Shown: positions 51,740-64,000 of the stretch, piece by piece
Numbering within the stretch: position 1 is the first letter of the stretch
Layout: the number at the start of each line of letters is the position of its first letter
Assembly (NCBI GenBank): GCA_951406725.2
Contig: OX597824.1
Coordinates: forward strand, 90,148,001 to 90,212,000
Origin: Octopus vulgaris
Lineage: Eukaryota
Length of the DNA stretch: 64,000 bases
Reading direction: 5' to 3'
Made by a program: the position numbers and the translations under genes
Notes under the pieces: generated by a model
The model's database searches: none
What the model saw: only the letters and a program-made list of their open reading frames with translations
Told to the model about the DNA's origin: nothing

Positions 51740-53939
51740 CTGAAACAACAAAACATAGAAATGTTGAAGAATATTAAACAGACACAACTGATCATCACCC
51801 ACACACCATTTTACAAGCAAGCATGCATCTACCATTATTATCTTCATTCAGGCTTTAAAAATAAAAGCTCTGGGGTCAATTCATACAACTAAAAATTCTT
51901 CAAAGTGGTGTTCCAGCATGGCCACAGTCTAATGACTGAAACAAGTAAAAGATATATAGAATCATCATCATCATTTTATGTCCCATGCTTCAGGGGACCT
52001 ACTGAGTCAAGTAAATCAAAATCAAATGGAAATTGTAGTTGTGGCCGATACCAGTTGCTGGTGGCATGCAATAAGCACCATTCATGTGTGGGTCACTGCC
52101 AGATCCACCTGACCGGCTCCGTGTCGGTGGCAGATACAAAGCACCATCAATACATGGCTGATGCCAGTGCTACCTGTCTGGCTCTCGTGCTGGTGGCATA
52201 TAAAAAGCACCCACTACACTCTGAGTGGTTGGCATCAGTAAGGGCATCCAGCTGTAGATACATTGCCAGATCGGATTGGAGCCAGGTGCAGCCTCCTGGC
52301 TTGCCAGTCCCCAGTCAAACCATCCAACACATGCCAGCATGGAAAACGGGTGTTAAACGATGAAGATGATGGGCTGGACAGGTTCCACAGCATCTTTATC
52401 CCTTGTTATGTTTCTTCTTCATCTGATACACACAACAAGAGAGGAAACTGCCAACCTTTGTTCTTGTCATGTATGCCAGGTACTGGGGTATTCTTTTGTA
52501 TACATATAACATAAAACTGTATACAATTTCAAACACTTCAGATGTCAATCCATCTAACTCATGACAGCATTGAAGACAGACGTGAAATGATGGTGATAAT
52601 TGATATATTATAAAACTCGGAATAACAGTCTGTGAGTGTGTAAGGGGGGCGTCCTTCTCCATACAGACTGAGACACCTTTGCGTCACTAAAGCAACAACC
52701 CTGCAACACATGGGTCTGTTTGGGTCGTCATTACTGGTGAGGCTTTTACGAGGTAGGGGAGCTATTCCGACCTCAAGGTCTTTTTTTAGTCGCCTTTTAT
52801 GATGGGCAGAGAAAACATTTGGGTCTATTCTTTGACATGCCGTTCTATGCACAGCACCAGAGCAACGTAAAATGAAGTGTTTTGATCCCAGTCCAGTAAT
52901 TGAACCTACGATCTGGCGATCGTGAATGAAACACCATAACCACTAGGCCACGATTTGATCAAATTCAACTCTACTTTATGTATGGAATATTTTCGCACAA
53001 CCATGTGTGTGTGTGTAGAACACGGTTGTAAACCCAAAAGAAAAGACAAAGTGAAATTAGACAAAAACATACAACATTCAATTTTCAAAATAATAAAAGT
53101 AATAATTTCTACTTTAAGCACAAGGCTTGGAATTAAGGTGGGATGGATTAAGTCGATCACATCGATCCCAGTGGTCAACTGGTATTTATTTCATCAACCC
53201 GGAAAGGATGAAAGACAAAGTCAGCTTCGACAGATAATAATAATAATGACTTCTGTATGTATATTTAGAAATACCTTTCAAGTATAAAAATATATTTAAC
53301 AAGTATAGTATTGTGGAATTACGTGTAAGATTTGTTTGGTCGCTTCTACAAGAGTCTTGTACGTAATACTGTTATTGAAATATACAATATCTCTCTTAAT
53401 GTATATTTTTAAATTGGAAAAAAAAATTAATCTACATATCTGAATTATTATTATTCTGTTTTCCTGTTTGTATTTTACTTGTGAGTTTACGACCCAAATG
53501 AATCGACGATGTTTGATTATTTTAACGAATAAACAACGCGTGGTCGTATGAACATTGTGGTAACAATTAGTACACCACAACATTAATTCACCAAAAACTT
53601 GTCAAAGTGGATTTGGTGCATGGCTATCCTCGCTTTTAAGGTGCTAAATTCAAATTGTTCTTTTAATATGTCCTATGAGTATTTCATCATTGATTAGTTT
53701 CCATCGAAACGGAAGTTCCGCTAGTTTTTAATACTTTGGATTGGTTGTTTTTATTTTCAGTCGAGGACTTTTCGTTTCTTAATTGATTTTTAAGGCGAAC
53801 ACACTCAGCAACAGTTTATATCGAAAGTTTATCGAAGTCGATTCTCAACAAATTTCGAACACAGGACAGCGAGACACTAAGGTATCGAACAAAAAGGTAT
53901 TACGTTAATGTATCAACTGTTAGTTGTCGGAGCACTGCA

Positions 53940-54128
53940 TCCTTCAAAACTTCCATGCTTCCTGAGATTCACCGAAACTACACCTGATTTCCTCCCCTCC
54001 ATACACACGCAAGCATATATCTGACTCTTACACTGTTCACTTCCCAGACATTTCTACATTACTGCATATGCTTTATACAAGTTGTGGTGCACCTGAGCAC
54101 TGTATACAATAATTTCATTATTATTATT
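53940..54128 (+). mobile_element. Probable LINE/SINE 3' tail ending in (ATT)n
   Basis: caagttgtggtgcacctgagcactgtatacaataatttcattattattatt: short hairpin plus microsatellite tail. Confidence 0.5.
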
Positions 54129-54319
54129 TTAAAAATCAATTAACGAAACCAAAATTCATCACTAATAAATGAAAAAAGAAAATAAAATCACCCTCATCTC
54201 CTTAACGAACTCAATTAGAAACGAAATAAACAAATACATGGATATATATAAAGGACAGTAAACATGGGAAGAAACAGGGATATTTTATATTTGCTGTGGC
54301 GAAATGATAGTATAAACAT

Positions 54320-54715
54320 GAATCTTTTCGGTTAGAACGGCAGTTTTTTCTAGCGGTGTCATATGAAATTGTCACCCATAATTATGACCCTAGAATCGAT
54401 CTATTGCATTTCAATCTCTTTTAGGGTTAAGGGGAAGGGTATCTTTTTTTCTTCACAAATGTAAATAAACCCAATGTTTCTTAAACGAGGGACATTTTCA
54501 TATGGCACAGAATGTTTTTTACCTCAATAGACGTCAGTGATTGGCTGAAATTGAAGAAGAAAAAGCAACAAATATCTTACAAACTATAGACTTTTCTCAA
54601 TAAAGCCAAGAGAAAAAGATGTTTTATAAACACATTCTACCAGTATACGAAGTTTAAAAGTGTTTAGTTACATGGAAATTATTTTTAAAAACTGCCCTTC
54701 AAACCGAAAAGATCC
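54320..54715. mobile_element. Merlin-like MITE in FCF1 intron 1
   Basis: TIRs gaatcttttcggttagaacggcagttttt / aaaaactgcccttcaaaccgaaaagatcc; near 8-bp TSD ataaacat/gtaaacat. Confidence 0.7.
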
Positions 54716-54829
54716 GTAAACATAATATATCTTCCTCAGAAATAATATATTCTTCCCCAATAAGCAAGAAAACATCACAAAATAAGACATTAAAGGCAGA
54801 ATCGCCAAGACATGTGCTCCCATACTCAC

Positions 54830-54832
54830 CAT
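54830..54832 (-). CDS. FCF1: FCF1 exon 1 coding part (ATG only)
   Basis: Minus strand reads caaccaag ATG|GTGAGT: perfect donor, A at -3, phase 0 joining exon 2. Gives a 198-aa protein. Weaker ATG|GT alternatives exist nearer exon 2. Confidence 0.75.
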
Positions 54833-55170
54833 CTTGGTTGTAATATTTCAATGAAGTCCTAAACTAATTTCTGTCACAAAAGAGTTCCACTCTAATTAAA
54901 GCACGACACGACTTGCTTTTCTTAACTTCTTTTACATCTCCGCGCAGAAGAGTTGGGAAAGTTCTGCGAAACAGGGGCGGTAATTGATATTACCAGCCTC
55001 AAGCAGCCGATGTAATTGGCATGGTTTAATTGGTGGCAGGTGCTTGGAACACTCGCACCTGACGTCTAACATTTATTTCCGAAGTCGCCGCCTAATTTCG
55101 CTTCCACTTTTATTAACGACGTCCATTAATTTACTGCAACGAAAATGCTGTGAAACATCAACAAAGGTAT
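54833..55170. promoter_or_regulatory. FCF1 5' UTR and proximal promoter, possibly bidirectional
   Basis: Repeat-free and CpG-retaining. GC box GGGCGG at 54975-54980, two ATTGG (CCAAT) at 55015 and 55029, TGACGT at 55060; directly upstream of the ATG exon. Confidence 0.55.
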
Positions 55171-55259
55171 TTGTTTTTAGTCTCTCATTATATCTATGTT
55201 ATTCTCTTATTTATGCAGCGTGTGTGAGTATATATACATACATATATATATATGCAACA

Positions 55260-55509
<250 letters not shown>

Positions 55510-56357
55510 ATATATATATATATATATATATATGCAATATATATATATATATATGTGTATATGCAATATATATGTTTTATAGCTATTCAAATATATTAAA
55601 TGTATGTATACTTTGTATATGCATGTGTGTGTACTTTGTATATGCATGTGTGTGTATTTTGCTTGTTTGTGTGTGTGTGTATTGTATGTTTGTGTGTGTG
55701 TGTTGTATGTTTGTGTGTGTGTGTGTTTTACTGAACTACCAATGAAGCGTGGATTATGAATGAATTCTTAGACGGATAATTATTGCATATGGATGAAAGA
55801 GAAAGTAGCAGCCTGTTTGTTTATGTTTTTATGTTTAAGATTAGAAGAAACGCTGGCGGCGGGGTGGTGGTGGGTGATCGATAGATGTTTTTAGAGCAAT
55901 AAATAGTCGAACGGAGACTGTTATTGTATTTAACGGGCGTGAAGAAGTGGCAGGGGTAAGAGCGCTAACACCCACGGAATATCACATTTATTACATGCAG
56001 CTTCGCCTCTTATCAGACGATCTCTGTGAAACTTAACACATACGTTAAGCGAGAAGCGCTGCACAATCGCTCCATCATGCTATGCACCTATGCATACATT
56101 CCTGCAAGCTATCTACATGCATGCATACATATATATATATACACGTGTGTGTGTGCATGCATGCATGCGTGTATGCTTATGTGTGTGTGTGGTCTTTTCG
56201 TTTTGGGTTTTTGTTTTTTTTAAGTGGTGAGGCTTGGCAGTTTCTCTTTTGACCGTAAAAATGTGATGACGACTTACCGACGCCTGCAGTTAACTCAACA
56301 TGTTATCACATACGGCAGTGTGATAACGAGTAAATCAATAGCAGAGGGTAATTGTTT

Positions 56358-56390
<33 letters not shown>

Positions 56391-56728
56391 TTTTTTGCCA
56401 ATCGTATTTCCCAAACAATCTGGCCTCTGACTATTCAACTTATATAATTGCATTTGAGGCGAAAATAAGAATATCCATGTCTAACAATAGTGTGTGATTG
56501 TTTCTTTCTTCTTTCGTATGTTTAGCACGCGCTGGCCTTGAATGTTCAACATGTAGACTCGTACACACATGCATGCATCCATCCATCCATCCATACATAC
56601 ATACAAACACACATATTTTTTCATACATACATACGTGCACGCACACTACATGTGTGTATATGCAAAGATATAGTAATGTGTTTATGTATGTGTAAATATA
56701 GATAAATAGATAGAGATAGATAGATAGT

Positions 56729-56896
<168 letters not shown>

Positions 56897-57536
56897 GAGA
56901 TAATTATCAAATTATCAGAGTATCAATACAACGTGGGTTATGAATAATAAATATGATTTATTGTCGCTCTATTCAAATGCAAGGAAAGCTGTGTGTGTGT
57001 GTGTGTGATTAAGAACGTTGCGTGTTTGAATTAATTCATCTCTAAATTGTTATTGCCCAGGGTCTCCTGTTGTATTTTCCTTCTTTGCCTTCTTTTAATC
57101 CAAATAATTTATTCAGCAAATTCGTTTGATGTCTCATTCGGCTTTTGTTATTCTATCCGTTGGTTCTCTCAACCTTTATTTATTTATTCATTTAGTTGGG
57201 TTTTTTTTTTTTACCTCTGGACCCCTTTTGATTACTGTTTTATTCTGGTGGAACCCCATAGTCACTGGATGTTTAAAAACTAGTTTTTTGGACACGTTTT
57301 TCAAAATCCCTATTTTGCTTTTCACACATTAACTCGTGTACGTTGACCTGTGTAAAATATCAGAGAAAGAAACCCAACTCACATTCTTTTTTTTATGGGC
57401 CCCTAAACTACAACTGTGGATCTTCAATTTACTATTTCGCTTGCGTGGCCCTCTTACGTGAACCCCTAGCGACCACAAGGACCCTGGTTGAGAAACACTG
57501 TTCTACACTTTATTTTTGCACCTCTCTCTCTCCCCC

Positions 57537-57596
<60 letters not shown>

Positions 57597-57770
57597 TGAG
57601 AGAAGCCATGGAAGCTCGACCTGTCATGTCTGTCAAATCCGAAAGTATGCTCCAGTCATAATAGGGCCGTCACCAAACTTACCCATTTCGGTTGGGTTTA
57701 GTTAACCTTTGAGTTAACTAAACCCTGCGAACGATACGAATATATGTGCTTTCATTTCTTGAGTTAGGTG

Positions 57771-58260
57771 TGTTGTTGTTGTTGTTAAGCAACAAGACGG
57801 GTATGGGTGATTAGGTGATGGTCTAGGGATTAAGGGCGGGAGACCCCGGACCTTGGAAAAAAAAAAGAAAAACTTTGGTCGTCTTGTTGTAGTCGAGGGC
57901 TCTTCGTTGACGCCCGACACCACTGGGAGGTGGTCCTCAAAATCGCTGGAAATGGAGATCTCCAGGTTCAAATTCTTGAACGGCAGTTAGGTATGTTGAA
58001 ATACTTGGGCCTGGTTGCACGCTTTTCCGAGTTGGCGACCCGCACTTGTCTCGTTCCTTGATTCATGTGGCATGTCTGTGGACGGAGTGATGTACTTGTA
58101 CTTCTCGAGTGTCCTTTACTACACGATCGGAATTCGCTAGTACGCGATTACAATCGTTACCTGGACGCAGTGGCGGGGCAGGGGATGCGAAAATTCGTTC
58201 CTGTTCTGGTAATTCTTGTGCATCTGGGGTTCACCTCAGCTTCACTCCTTTATGGCAGGA
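57771..58260 (-). mobile_element. Longer copy of the (AAC)n-tailed retroelement
   Basis: Matches 12320-12517; GC/CpG-rich sequence extends to about 58260 (5' boundary approximate). Confidence 0.65.
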
Positions 58261-59547
58261 TGTAGTTTTTATGTTTTCGTTAACTTATCTCAGTCATTTG
58301 GCTGCGGCCATGCTGGTGCACCACCCTGAAGAGTTTTTAGTCGAATGAATCGACCCCAATACTTATTTTCGTATTAAAGCCTGGTACTAATTCTGTTAGT
58401 TTCTTTTGCTGAATCACTAAGTTACGGGAACGTAAACATACCAGCACCGGTTGTCAAGCGGTGGTGGGAGACAAACACACACACACAGACAAATATTACG
58501 ATGCACTTCTTTCATTTTCTGTCTACAAGGTTTTGGTCAGCCCAAGGTTATAGCAGAAAACACTTGCCCAAGGTGCTATGCAGACACAATGGGATTGAAC
58601 CCGGAACCATGTGACTGGGAAGCAAACTCCTTACCACAGAGCCACGCCTGCACCTATATCAGTGCTTCTTCTAATAATTACACGCGAATCTTGTGCATTT
58701 AAAACGATGAACTCCAGAAATGCTCTAATTTCTTCGATTCGATGAAGGGCGACTGCTTGAAACAACTCTCTTCTCAACGAGAGAACCTCTACGACAGTAT
58801 TTTTCAAGCTGTGGGTCCCGACCCTTCAGTGGGTGGCGAGATAAATAAAATGAGTCGCGACAAAAAAAGGAAGGAAAAAAACCGCAAATGGGGTCAAAGT
58901 GCCGAATATAAACCATGGTTTTCCAAACTGTGGGTCTTGACCCTTCAGTGGATCGTGAGATAAATAAAATGGGTCGCGACGAAAAAGTTTTAAAAATTCT
59001 GCTCTACGGTGTAACTCGACTTGCAAAATACAAAAAATAGCAGCCAAATATTGTCTTAAAGCCACACCCTGCCAGCTTCAGAAAAAGAGAGTTTTTCTAT
59101 TATAGTCCAGGTTTCACAACCCCCGAAAAAGAAACGAGGACACGAACGGCTTTGATAAAAAATATAAATCTGCGCAATGAGTGCTAAGTTGAGGTGGGGG
59201 GACATTAACATTCACTGACTTCGTTTTACTGGAAACCAGTGCATTATGAATCGATTGGTCTTGGTGTAAATGTCGTGAAAATGCTTGGGCGTTGGGGGCG
59301 AGGGTGAATCCTCAACTATATCGGCGCAGCTATGACTGTGGTTAAAAAGCTCACTTAACAACAACGCCGTTTCGGATTCAGTGCCACCGCGCGTCACTTT
59401 GGCTAAGTGTCTTCTACGATAGGCTCGGGTCAACCAGTGCATTATGAATCGATTTTGTTGATGGAATTTGTGGGCTAAGACCGTCGTGTATGTATACTTT
59501 GGCTTTCCTTTGTATATTAGTACACAACCTTCCATCATCACATAAAT

Positions 59548-59772
59548 GGCGATCTTTCGGTACAAGTAACATAACTGCCAATTATAAACCCACATGGGTT
59601 TAGTTACATTTCTGAAGAAAAACCTAACCCTAACCCCACCCCTAACCCTAACCCAAAACCTAACCCTAACCCCACATATATAAAAAAACACTTCACGGAA
59701 AGTGACGATCTTCTTTTTCAAATGTAAACAAACAGTAATTGGCAGTTATGGTACTTGTACCGAAAGATCGCC
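59548..59772. mobile_element. MITE with GG...CC termini and internal (CCCTAA)n-like repeats
   Basis: ~36-bp TIRs ggcgatctttcggtacaagta.cataactgccaatt; telomere-like repeats at ~59622-59672. Confidence 0.78.
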
Positions 59773-60342
59773 CAATATCGAAAGAACGCCATATATTTTT
59801 ATATGTTTGCGTCTATTCGTCCCTCACTCGCATTGCTTGACAACCGGCGCTGGTTTATTTATGTCCCCCGCAACTTTGCGGTTCTACAAAAGATATCGAT
59901 AGAATGTGTACCAGATTTTTTTTTTGTTTAAACTTAGCAATGAAGTTGATTTGTTCGACTACGCCCGTCAAAAGCGTTGCTGCAGCATGGCCGCAGTCCA
60001 TTGGTTGAAACGAGTAATTCATAATAGACTGCGTGTGTGATAACCACTGAGGAAGTGAAGAGGATGTCACAGTAATGTATGAGAGAACGTTGGCTTCGAT
60101 TTCATTCCAGGCTTTTGTGTTTGTTACTAATAAAATCAATCACACACACACTCACACACATCCACACACCTATGAGCTAACGAAAGATCATCGGCCTGCT
60201 AGAAACAATAGTCAAATCTCCCTTGAACCACACCCGCAAGGACACATTCGATTATTTGGACTGACGAGATATTTTGTATCTTTTACTTGTGTCACTCATT
60301 GGACCGCAGCCATGCAGGAGCGCCGTCTTGAAGGGTTTAGAT

Positions 60343-60652
60343 CAGTGGTTCCTAAACTTTTTCGGGCTGCCACCCCCTTGACACCCATACCACATCCCTA
60401 GTACCCTCACCCCCAACTAACCATCACAAACATAGACCCCTTTCTAAAGCAAATCCAAAGCAACTGTATTTCACAAATAAAACTTAACCTAAAGAAACCC
60501 ATTATTTCGTTGTTTTACATGAACCACTGCCCCATTATCGCCCTACTTTTTACATAAATCGCTCCCCCATCATCGCCCCACTTTTCTTCAACGCTCCTTT
60601 GGAACTTTCCACCACCCCCAGGGGGAAATTCCGCCCACTTTGGGAACCACTG
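60343..60652. mobile_element. hAT (Charlie-like) MITE inserted in a SINE
   Basis: cagtggttcc...ggaaccactg TIRs with perfect 8-bp TSD gtttagat. Confidence 0.88.
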
Positions 60653-60972
60653 GTTTAGATGAACGAACCGAACTTGGTACATATTTTTAGGTCCGCTTCT
60701 TATTCTGTCGAGATTTTTTTGCCTAACCGCTAAGTTATGAAGACGCAAACAAACTGTCACCAATTGTCAAGCGGTGGGGATGAGAAACAAGTACAATGAC
60801 ACACACACACATGGGCTTTCGCACAGTTTCCGTTTACCAAATTCACTCTCAAAGCATTGATCGTCTCAGGGCTGTAGTTGGAGCCACCTGCCCAGTCCCA
60901 CAGTGCCGCACTGTGGGACTGAACCTGAAGCCGTGTGACTGCAAAGCGAGCTTCTTAACTGCACAGCCTATC

Positions 60973-61013
<41 letters not shown>

Positions 61014-61627
61014 TTGTGTGTGTGTGTGTGTGCGTTTGTGTGTGTGTGTGTGTGCGTTTGTGTGTGTGTGTGTGTTTGTGTGAAAGAGATTATCTCTTCA
61101 CCGTCAAAACCTTTCGATCAGGGTTTCTTGGTGATAACAAGAATAGCATTAACAAAAAAACATTAAAATAGACACATTTCCTAATGTCAGCAAGTCCAGT
61201 GCCCTAAATATGAGATACGAGATTTTATGGTTGCTGTGTAGATAATGGAGTTTAGGGAGCTCGGAAAACATCCGTCCTTGGCAGTGCTAGGCTAACACTA
61301 ATTCTAGACAGTAGCGGTTAAGGAGCTAAGCAAATATCCACTGAATAGAAGTTAGGGCAGCAACCCTCCTTCACGGTTGAGATGGCCCCGAATTAACGTT
61401 TGGGTTTAGAGGTTATTGGAGTTATGCATCAGTAGCCTGCAATACGCCTCTGAAGCAGGATGTATCAACACCTTTGTAATGTTTACCAGCGAATCTTGTG
61501 TGCTTCGGACGATGAACTTCGAACACGTTGCCATGTTTTCGCTCTGATGAAGAACCACTGCACAAAACATTTGCCTACTTAACACACACACACACACAAA
61601 CTTAACCCCAACAATTTTATTCGACTC

Positions 61628-62038
61628 GAGCTGGCAGAAATGTTAGCACGCCGGGCGAAATGTGTAGCTGTATTTCGTCTGCCGCTACGTTCTGAGTTCA
61701 AATTCTGCCGAGGTCGACTTTGCCTTTCATCCTTTCGGGGTCGATTAAATAAGTACCAGTTACGCACTGGGGTCGATATAATCGACTCAATCCGTTTGTC
61801 TGTCCTTGTTTGTCCCCTCCGTGTTTAGCCCCTTGTGGGTAGTAAAGAAATAGGTATTTCATCTGCCGCTACGCTCTGAGTTCAAATTCCACCGAGGTCG
61901 ACTTTGCCTTTCATCCTTTCGGAGTCGATTAAATAAGTACCAGTTACGCACTGGGGTCGATGTAATCGACTTAATCCCTTTGTCTGTCCTTGTTTGTCTC
62001 CTCTGTGTTTCGCTCCATGTGGGCAATAAAGAAATAAC
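61628..62038 (+). mobile_element. tRNA-derived SINE family B, tandem pair; also ~10750-10970, 32810-33035, 41912-42342 and cluster 43630-44460
   Basis: gagctggcagaa..gttagc head, gagttcaaattc B box, body gaggtcgactttgcctttcatcctttcggggtcga, tail ccccttgtggg..ataaagaaata. Confidence 0.88.
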
Positions 62039-64000
62039 AATCAACTAACCCCCTTCCTCCGAAATTGCTGGCCTTGTGCCAAAATTCGAAACCAATAGTA
62101 GTTGACTCGTTCAAAACCAACGAAAGCTCCTTCTTACTTTATCTCTTTAATTTGTTCTCTCAGTAAAGAATGAAACAATAACATTTGTTGCTCGTAGTTT
62201 GTTCTGTGGTTTCAAATGAACCGCAACTGATGGTAAAATGGTTCCTGTATTGGTAATTTCTCTTAAATGATCGATGCAGGATATGCTAGAACTGCTGCTA
62301 ACCCCACTTCCAGTTTTCGTTATTTTACGACCGGAAAACAACTGCTTTGATAACCTATTAGGAAGTTGAGTTTATTACAGAATATTTTTATGCTTAACTG
62401 AAGAAACATGCTTTATTAAATTGGGATTAGTGAGCTCGTATTTCAACATTATGCATTTAACATAAAGTGCTTTGATGTCCCCCTTATTTCTCTCACTCAA
62501 TTTGGAAATTGGGGTTCGGATTTGCAGGATTTTTGTAAGTTTCCATTGTATTTTGACCATTTACTTGTTGTATAAATGAATGAATTTGGAATCGTTGAAA
62601 CGTGTAAGCTTTTCAGTCATGTGCCACTGTGCGGCACGTTCCTCAAACAAGTGTCGTCTGCTGTAGCCTCAGGCCTACCAATGCTTTGTATGTATGTGTG
62701 TTTTCGTGTTTGTGTTTGTTCCCTCTTTAGCTTGACAACCGGTATTAGTTTGTTTATATCCCTGTAACTTGGCGGTTCGGCTCAAGAGCCAACTTGAATA
62801 AGTATCAGATTTTAAAATCTAATATTGGAGTCGATTTGTTCGACTAAACCCTTCAGTGCAGTTCCCTCGGCATGGCTACTGTCCAATGGCTGAAACAAAT
62901 AAATTAAAAATAAAAAATATATGTAAAAAAATATTTCTTACTTTTTTTACCCCTCCGCAACTGCTGCCAGCAATTTCCTGTTCAGTTTAATATACCAAAG
63001 AGTTTCTACATGGCTGCACGATAAGCAAGAAATAGCAGCTTTAATATATCTCACTTCACACTTTACCGTCTTAGATATAGTGTTAAAAAAATGTTAGATC
63101 ATCCCGCTTTCTTTAAGATAGCGTGTTAGCACTAATATAAATTTATTAACAAACAACTGTCACGATACCTCTACTGGTGAAAACAATCTCTTGAGGCAAA
63201 CATTTACCAAGCAGTACCACTATTACCTGCCCACCGGTGCTTTAAGAGTGGAATTCGGTCATTCTTTATAGGCACGGGCGTAGCTGTGTGGTAAAAAGTT
63301 TGCTTCCCAATCACGTGGTTCCGAGTTCAGTCTTACTTTGTGGGACCTTGGGTAAATGTCGTCTGCTGTAGCCTTGGGCCAAACTAAGCCTTCTGGGTGG
63401 ATTTGGTAGACGGTAACTAAAGAAAAGTCCATTGTGTGTGTATGTCTTTGTCCTCCACTACCGCTCGACAACCAGTCTTGAGGTTTACCTTCTCGTAACT
63501 TAGCAATTCGTTAAAAGAGACCGATAGAATAAGCACCAGGCTTCAAAAAGGTAAGTCCTGAGGTCGATTCATTCGACTAAAAGTTCCTCAAAGCGATACT
63601 CTAGCATGGCCGCAATCCAATGACTGAAACCAGTAAAAGATAAAAGATATGTGAACGCCGTTATAATATTGAGAATTATTAAGATATTTTATATACTCTT
63701 CTCTCTCTCTTTTACTCTTTTACTTGTTTCAGTCAGTTGACTGTGGCCATGCTGGAGCACCACCTTTAGTCGAGAAAATCGACCCCGGGACTTATTCTTT
63801 GTAAGCCCAGTACTTATTCTATCGGTCTCTTTTGCCGAACCGCTAAGTTACGGGGACGTAAACACACCAGCATCGGTTGTCAAGCAATGCTAGAGGGACA
63901 AACACAGACACACAAACATATACATACACACACATACATATATATATATACATATATACGACAGGCTTCTTTCAGTTTCCGTCTACCAAATCCACTCACA

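Noticed and set aside
51800-51840. Closer ATG|GT candidates for FCF1 exon 1
   Set aside because: Weak donors (GTAGAT, GTGTGT), very short implied introns and no promoter context compared with 54830.
42509-54829. Intronic snoRNAs, plausible in a ribosome-biogenesis host gene
   Set aside because: No C/D or H/ACA box arrangement with terminal stem could be supported by eye; would need snoscan or Infernal.
58735-58775. ttcgatgaagggcgactgcttgaaac hammerhead-like string
   Set aside because: Core 5' heptamer is wrong, there is no GUH triplet and no convincing helix I.

Overview
AT-rich, microsatellite- and SINE-dense eukaryotic DNA whose repeat families look like an octopus/coleoid cephalopod genome (inferred, not proven). 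Two spliced genes converge tail-to-tail. (1) On +, the last 10 coding exons of a phospholipase C-beta of the PLCB4/norpA subfamily (745..13854) cover the C2 domain, the CTD coiled coil and a C-terminal PDZ ligand -ETVV. (2) On -, a complete 8-exon FCF1/Utp24 PIN-domain rRNA-processing nuclease gene spans 54832..42460 (597 nt, 198 aa). All exon boundaries were read as GT-AG with consistent phases. Nearly all ORFs in the supplied track are microsatellite or repeat artefacts. The rest is tRNA-derived SINEs, an RTE-tailed SINE with internal hairpin repeats, LINE fragments (CR1/L2-, RTE-, R4/Dong-like), MITEs (pogo-, piggyBac-, hAT-, Merlin-like), a Helitron-like element and two tandem arrays (66 bp and 165 bp units). 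The most unusual signal is a set of unrelated short elements, often folded back as long inverted repeats, that each carry a minimal type I hammerhead-ribozyme-like core. These include a U3-A8 covariant core and a tRNA-headed (Pol III) element carrying a degenerate hammerhead. Most copies are degenerate and activity is untested.
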